NCBI GenBank assembly: GCA_038238625.1
Contig: JBBSFP010000001.1
Span: 1-30,412, forward strand
From: Tepidisphaerales bacterium
GTDB lineage: Bacteria; Planctomycetota; Phycisphaerae; Tepidisphaerales; Tepidisphaeraceae
Direction: 5' to 3'
Length of the DNA stretch: 30,412 nt
The notes under the pieces were generated by a model, which was not told the DNA's origin, made no database searches, and saw only the letters and a program-made list of their open reading frames with translations. The position numbers and the translations under genes were made by a program. Numbering within the stretch: position 1 is the first letter of the stretch; every line of letters starts with the position of its first letter. Positions 25,560 through 30,412 of this stretch are shown here, in pieces.

Positions 25560-25865
25560 CTATGCGATTGGACGATTATGATCGTCGGAATGGCCGTTAC
25601 TGTCCATCGCACCCAGCGCCTGCTCTAGGTCGTCCAGCATTTTCGACGCCGCCATCACTGCCTTGCGGAATGCCCCCTTCCCTTCGGCCAGGGCCAGTGA
25701 ATGCATCTCTGACGGTGAGTTGGCGCTGAGTTCACGTTCTTGAGCAAGCAAAAGCTCCAGCAAACTCTTGGCACGATTGCGCGCCTGGGTAAGCACGGCT
25801 ATCTGTTCTAAGGCCGGCAAGCGGGGCTTAGGCTGAATTGTCGGATCGCCGTCTGTCTGATTCAT
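25560..25865 (-). CDS. Small hypothetical helical protein
   Basis: ATG at 25865, 29 nt after the stop of the upstream minus-strand gene; amphipathic helical composition; fills the gap in a co-directional run. Confidence 0.55.
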   Translation of the reverse strand: MNQTDGDPTIQPKPRLPALEQIAVLTQARNRAKSLLELLLAQERELSANSPSEMHSLALAEGKGAFRKAVMAASKMLDDLEQALGAMDSNGHSDDHNRPIA

Positions 25866-25894
25866 CGTATCCGGTTCGCAGGCAAGGGCACTAA

Positions 25895-26644
25895 TCAAGA
25901 CCGAGACGAAATTGCACTGGAGATGGGGCGAAGCAGTCGTGGAACCACATAGGTTGAACACAGCGATTCAGCGCGCTCGGCCATCTCGGCCAGCAGTTTT
26001 TGCATGGGTTCTTTCGGTCGATCCCCCCAGTAACGCCTTAAGATCAGGTAAACGCTGATGACATCATTGCTGTAATCGCCGGTTCGCACCTGGTAGCTGT
26101 TAGTGCGTGTGACGATATCAATGCGTGCCTGGAGACGGCAGTCTTCGCTCAATGCAACGGTGATGCTCGGCTGGATGTCCACCGCTTTCACGTCCGCCTC
26201 TTCTAACAGGCAGGTCAAGGGCGAATGAGGCAACAAACTCTCAGCCACCACCTCGTCATGATTGCCGCGATAAGATAGATCGAACCCGAACAGCACGTCC
26301 AGATAGTCGATTTCCAGCGGGCTGATTCCCAGGTCGTATGGTGCCAGTTCCAGAAGCAGTTGATGCAGCCGCAATGATTCTTCAATGCTTGGAGGATTTA
26401 CATGCCCGCTAAGGAGCCGGCGCTGCTCGAGCGTAAGCCAGCGGTAGGTATCGGCATCGCGATTTTCTTCCAGGCAGAGGTCACCCGTCTCTTGTTTGCG
26501 GAAACGCGTCATCCCCGGGTAATCACGCTGCACACGCTCGAAAAAGTGCAAGACGGTCTCCCGCGCATGCGGCAAGTTGAGCTGTGTGCTCAGTCGCATG
26601 TTCACGTAAAAGTCATCGCAGAATGCCGAAAATGGATTGTACAT
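25895..26644 (-). CDS. Hypothetical protein of unknown function
   Basis: MYNPFSAFCDDFYVNMRLST...; globular, protein-like composition. ATG 26644 chosen over the ORF-track start 26713. Confidence 0.75.
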   Translation of the reverse strand: MYNPFSAFCDDFYVNMRLSTQLNLPHARETVLHFFERVQRDYPGMTRFRKQETGDLCLEENRDADTYRWLTLEQRRLLSGHVNPPSIEESLRLHQLLLELAPYDLGISPLEIDYLDVLFGFDLSYRGNHDEVVAESLLPHSPLTCLLEEADVKAVDIQPSITVALSEDCRLQARIDIVTRTNSYQVRTGDYSNDVISVYLILRRYWGDRPKEPMQKLLAEMAERAESLCSTYVVPRLLRPISSAISSRS

Positions 26645-26873
26645 TACGATCTCCCGGCCCCGGTCAATCGCACGCTCCGGGCACCCGGCCCTGCCGTGCT
26701 GGTCTCGGAACACGTTTCGTGCAGACCTACTATTTATCGGTCCAAGAGCCGCTCCAAATACACTTAATTCCTCCTAAAGCGCTCAATCGGCACGAGAGGT
26801 TCGCTCCGGGGTTCAAAATCAGGTTTGACGAAACAGGTCTCCAGCAATAGATACGGATCGAAGAGACGCACGC

Positions 26874-27827
26874 ATGGCCACCACACCCAAACCCGTATAT
26901 GCCCTTGTTGGTTCCGATTCGCTCTTGCAGCTTGAAGAGCTCGGGCGCGTTCTGGCCCTGCTGCCGGGAGCGCAGCGACAGGACGTCGACGGCGAACGCG
27001 CGGAATTGGTGGATGTGCTCGATGATCTGCGTTGCTTTGCGATGTTCGGACCCCAAAAGGTCGTTGTGGTGGCAAACGCCGATGCGTTTGTGACTCGCTA
27101 TCGAGAAGCGGTAGAAAGTTACCTGGGTAAGCCCGCCCCCGGCAGCGTCCTGGTGCTGCGCTTGTTATCGTTGCCAAAAAACCAGCGGGTCTACAAATTG
27201 ATCGACAAGGTGGGCGAGATACGTCCCTGCGATCCGCCGCGCGATTTGAGCAAATGGCTTATGGAGCGCGCACGTACCATCCACAAGATCACTCTGCTGC
27301 CCGATGCAGCACAGCTATTGGTTGATCTTGTGGGCGGACCCATGGGGCGGCTCGACATGGAGCTGGCTAAGCTGGCGTTGCAAACAGATGGGTCCAAAGT
27401 CGATGTCGCTGCTGTCGAACAGAAAGTCTCTTTCCAGCGTGAGCAGGAAATGTGGCACATGACCGATGAGCTGTCGCGCGGCCACATCACCGAAGCGCTG
27501 AAGCGATGGCGTCTGATGGTGCAGGTCGATCCGAGTACGGAATTTCGCGCAGTTGCATGGCTGGCGGTCTGGCTACAAAAGGCAGAGCAAGCTGTGGTGC
27601 TGTCCAAGCGCGGCATCAATGCGTTCACCATAGGCCAGGAGCTAAAAATCTGGCCCCGCCCCGCCGCCGAAGCGTTCGTCAAAACCGCTGTGCATCTGGG
27701 CCTCGACGGCCTCGTGCGGGCCGTCGATTGGTTGGTCGAAGTAGATTATCAATCCAAAACCGGCGTTGGAAACATGGCCGAAAATATCGAACGCTACCTG
27801 CTGTTGGTCGGCAATCTCATGGCATGA
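26874..27827 (+). CDS. holA: DNA polymerase III delta subunit
   Basis: PVYALVGSD, MFGPQKVVVV, ELAKLAL, and typical HolA length and layout ending VDYQSKTG. Confidence 0.85.
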   Translation: MATTPKPVYALVGSDSLLQLEELGRVLALLPGAQRQDVDGERAELVDVLDDLRCFAMFGPQKVVVVANADAFVTRYREAVESYLGKPAPGSVLVLRLLSLPKNQRVYKLIDKVGEIRPCDPPRDLSKWLMERARTIHKITLLPDAAQLLVDLVGGPMGRLDMELAKLALQTDGSKVDVAAVEQKVSFQREQEMWHMTDELSRGHITEALKRWRLMVQVDPSTEFRAVAWLAVWLQKAEQAVVLSKRGINAFTIGQELKIWPRPAAEAFVKTAVHLGLDGLVRAVDWLVEVDYQSKTGVGNMAENIERYLLLVGNLMA

Positions 27828-27864
27828 TTCTTTCGTGGGGCAATACGTTGGTCTCTCAATTCAA

Positions 27865-28656
27865 TCAACCAAAGTGATACTCATGGTTGAGCATCATTGG
27901 CTCCATTTTTGACACGCCCAAGGCAACGATTTCATCCGCTACCTTCTCGCGCACCGATGGTTTCATGTGTACGCAGTACACCATGGGCATGGGTAGGCCG
28001 CCGCTGGTGAGCTTGTTGATCTCGGCCAACACCAGCCTGGGTGTCAAGTGGCCCGTCTTCAGCGCGGTTGATTCCATTGCCTCGGGGAAAGAGCAATCAA
28101 TGAAGACCGCATCGACGCGTGGCAATCGCCCAGCTACTTCCCACAACTCTTCCGTCAGCCCCGTATCGGACGTGAAGATCAGATTTCCATCGTTGCTTTC
28201 GACAATTAGTCCGCAACTTTCGGCCGTGTGATGCACCGGAATGGCGGTGAAGCGCACGCCTTCCAGGTCGAATGTTTGACGCAGCTTGAATTCCGAAAGC
28301 GTTATCATTGGCCGATCTGAACCATTGAGCGGCAATCGCGTCAGATCCAGCCAAACCTGATCACTCAAAAGATGCTGGCGCAGTGCAGATAAGGTTCCCT
28401 GCAAACCATGCACGAGCAATGGCTCATTCATCAACCCATGGCTTTCGATCAGCCCGATCGGCAACGAAACGATGTGATCCAGATGCGCGTGCGTAAGCAC
28501 CACATGCCGCAGTTGGGCAATCTGTTCAGCCGGTAGCACGATCCCAAAACTTCCCGCATCAATGGCGATCGAATCGTTGATCAAAAAGCTGGTTAGTGGC
28601 TGGGCCAACTGCCCATTGATCTGGGTTATCCCCAACAATTGCACCGACATTGGCAT
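27865..28656 (-). CDS. MBL-fold 3',5'-cyclic-nucleotide phosphodiesterase, class II-like (alternative start 28650)
   Basis: TSFLINDSIAIDAG, LTHAHLDH (HxHxDH), TSDTG, DCSFP, GHLTP, HMKP; GGAGGA SD upstream. Confidence 0.75.
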   Translation of the reverse strand: MPMSVQLLGITQINGQLAQPLTSFLINDSIAIDAGSFGIVLPAEQIAQLRHVVLTHAHLDHIVSLPIGLIESHGLMNEPLLVHGLQGTLSALRQHLLSDQVWLDLTRLPLNGSDRPMITLSEFKLRQTFDLEGVRFTAIPVHHTAESCGLIVESNDGNLIFTSDTGLTEELWEVAGRLPRVDAVFIDCSFPEAMESTALKTGHLTPRLVLAEINKLTSGGLPMPMVYCVHMKPSVREKVADEIVALGVSKMEPMMLNHEYHFG

Positions 28657-28711
28657 GGCATCCTCCTTCAGCAACTTGTCCGAGTCGATGGCACGAGATA
28701 TATGGTAGGAG

Positions 28712-29644
28712 ATGAGCCATCGGCAATCGAATCAGGCACTCCGCGTGGTAAAAGTCGGTCTGACCCAGATGCATTGCGACGCCGATCCGGCCAGCAATCA
28801 TGCCCGGCAGGTTGACCTCATTACGCAGGCCGCCGCGCGCGGCGCACAGATCGTCTGCACACAAGAGCTATATGCGACACAATACTTCTGCCAGTCGGAG
28901 GACTACCGCTTTTTTGATTTCGCGCAAACCATTCCCGGACCAAGCACGGAAGCATTCTGCAAGCTCGCGCGCGAAAAGCAGATTGTGATCGTCGCATCCC
29001 TTTTCGAAAAGCGCACGGCGGGTCTGCATCACAACACGGCCGCGATCATTGATGCGGATGGAACATTGTTGGGGATCTACCGCAAGATGCACATCCCCGA
29101 TGACCCACAATTCTACGAAAAATTTTATTTCACACCCGGCGATCTTGGGTTTATGGCTTGGAAAACGCGCTATGCAAAAATCGGCGTGCTGATTTGCTGG
29201 GACCAGTGGTTTCCCGAAGCCGCCCGATTAACCGCTCTCCGCGGCGCTCAAATTCTTTTCTATCCCACCGCCATCGCGTGGCATCCTGAGGAACCAGCGG
29301 AGGTGCAGGCGGCACAGCATGACGCGTGGGAGTTGATTCAGCGCAGCCACGCCGTCACCAACGGGTGCTACGTGGCGGTGGCCAACCGCATCGGACATGA
29401 GAATATTCTGGGCCCCGACGGCGATCCCGTGAGCCCGCACGGCTTGAACTTCTGGGGACAAAGTTTTGTCGCAGCTCCTGATGGTCGTCTATTGCACAGG
29501 GCCTCGGCCAACCAAGAGGAACTGATCATCATCGACTGCGATCTTAATGAGCTGGATTACGCCCGCACGCATTGGCCCTTTCTGCGCGACCGACGCATTG
29601 ATGCGTATGATGAACTCAATCGAAGGTTTATCGATAAGCCCTAA
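28712..29644 (+). CDS. aguB: Carbon-nitrogen hydrolase, probable N-carbamoylputrescine amidase
   Basis: Nitrilase triad QELY / YRKMHIP / ICWDQWFPE, EKFYFTPGD, WPFLRDRR; directly upstream of agmatine deiminase. Confidence 0.85.
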   Translation: MSHRQSNQALRVVKVGLTQMHCDADPASNHARQVDLITQAAARGAQIVCTQELYATQYFCQSEDYRFFDFAQTIPGPSTEAFCKLAREKQIVIVASLFEKRTAGLHHNTAAIIDADGTLLGIYRKMHIPDDPQFYEKFYFTPGDLGFMAWKTRYAKIGVLICWDQWFPEAARLTALRGAQILFYPTAIAWHPEEPAEVQAAQHDAWELIQRSHAVTNGCYVAVANRIGHENILGPDGDPVSPHGLNFWGQSFVAAPDGRLLHRASANQEELIIIDCDLNELDYARTHWPFLRDRRIDAYDELNRRFIDKP

Positions 29645-29659
29645 CCTTGATTTTGCTCC

Positions 29660-30412
29660 ATGACTTCCGCTGTCAAACTATTAACCGGCACGCCCGCCGC
29701 ACTGGGCTATAAATTTCCACCGGAATGGTCCGCGCATCAGGCGACATGGTTTTCCTGGCCAAGGCCGGAGGCGCGCTCGTTTCCCGGGAAATATCAAACT
29801 GTTCCGGAGAACCTAGCGCGGATCTATCGCGAGGTCGCCCTCCACGAGCGGGTCGAAGTGAACGTCAACGACGCCGAGGACGAACATCATGCGCGGCACC
29901 ACCTGATTTCGCATGGCTGCCCGCTTGACAATATCTTTTTTCATCACATCCCCACGAATGAATGCTGGTGCCGCGACCACGGCCCCGGATTTATCGTGCA
30001 GCAAGCGCCTGATGGCCTTGAGACCCTGGCGATCGTGGATTGGGATTTCAATTCCTGGGGCGGAAAGTATTTGCCGTTTGACGATGACAATGCAGTTCCG
30101 ATGCGGATGGCGATGGAACTGGGGTTGCCTGTTTTCAAGCCCAGTATAGTTATGGAGGGGGGTTCAGTGGATTTTAACGGGGCGGGCGTGGTCCTCACCA
30201 GTGAACAGTGCCTGCTCAATAGCAATCGCAATCCTGGCCTAAGTAAGTCCCAGATCGAGCACTATCTAAGAGCATTCTACGGCCAGACACAAATCAGTTG
30301 GCTGGGCCAGGGAATTGCGGGTGATGACACCGATGGGCATGTCGATGATCTGGCGCGCTTTGTTAAGTAGCTCACTATCGTGATAGGCGTCGAGGATGAT
30401 CCACTCGATGAA
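29660..30412 (+). pseudogene. aguA: Agmatine deiminase family gene with an in-frame TAG at 30368-30370; the frame continues to the window edge (nonsense mutation, sequence error or readthrough)
   Basis: PPEWSAH, WCRDHGP, FNSWGGKY, MEGGS, DTDGHVDDLARFV, then K-TAG-LTIVIGVEDDPLDE, which matches the expected family continuation. Family call is confident; pseudogene status is not. Confidence 0.6.

Noticed and set aside
26652-26690. CCCGGCCC direct repeat upstream of the hypothetical gene
   Set aside because: Two short GC-only copies are expected by chance at this base composition; not CRISPR-like.
26795-26822. GGTTCG / GGTTCAAAATC resembling a tRNA T-arm
   Set aside because: No acceptor stem, D-arm or anticodon arm could be built around it.
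1-30412. Genome-wide TAG reassignment
   Set aside because: Only one in-frame TAG seen; the other genes are uninterrupted and two appear to end normally at TAG. One window cannot support a code change.

Overview
A gene-dense, GC-rich bacterial chromosomal segment of mostly metabolic and housekeeping genes. I saw no mobile element, integrase, CRISPR array, rRNA or tRNA. The DUF2617-like gene, isolated fliM and A/T-T-Q-P repeats suggest Planctomycetota, possibly Phycisphaerae (inference only). In order: (1) a divergent arginine/proline catabolic locus, with the 5' part of putA (runs off the left edge, absent from the ORF track) and an uncharacterised HPPD/VOC-like protein on the minus strand, and an M20 amidohydrolase-astA-astD-astB operon on the plus strand; (2) a probable operon of SCP2-type thiolase, an IcmF-like acyl-CoA mutase split over two genes, and prpD-prpB-prpC; (3) a two-domain PTPS/QueD-like gene and rsmA; (4) an archaeal-type adenylate-kinase-like/NDT-like fusion coupled to a LOG gene; (5) a TonB-like protein, a lipoprotein, fliM, a CPBP protease and a DUF2617-like gene; (6) three hypothetical genes, holA, a class II-like cyclic-nucleotide phosphodiesterase, aguB, and an aguA interrupted by an in-frame TAG. 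The best leads are the HPPD-like protein beside putA/ast, the kinase-NDT fusion plus LOG pair, and the split-IcmF/thiolase/methylcitrate operon with interleaved inverted repeats in its leader. All family calls come from reading motifs by eye; no database search was run.
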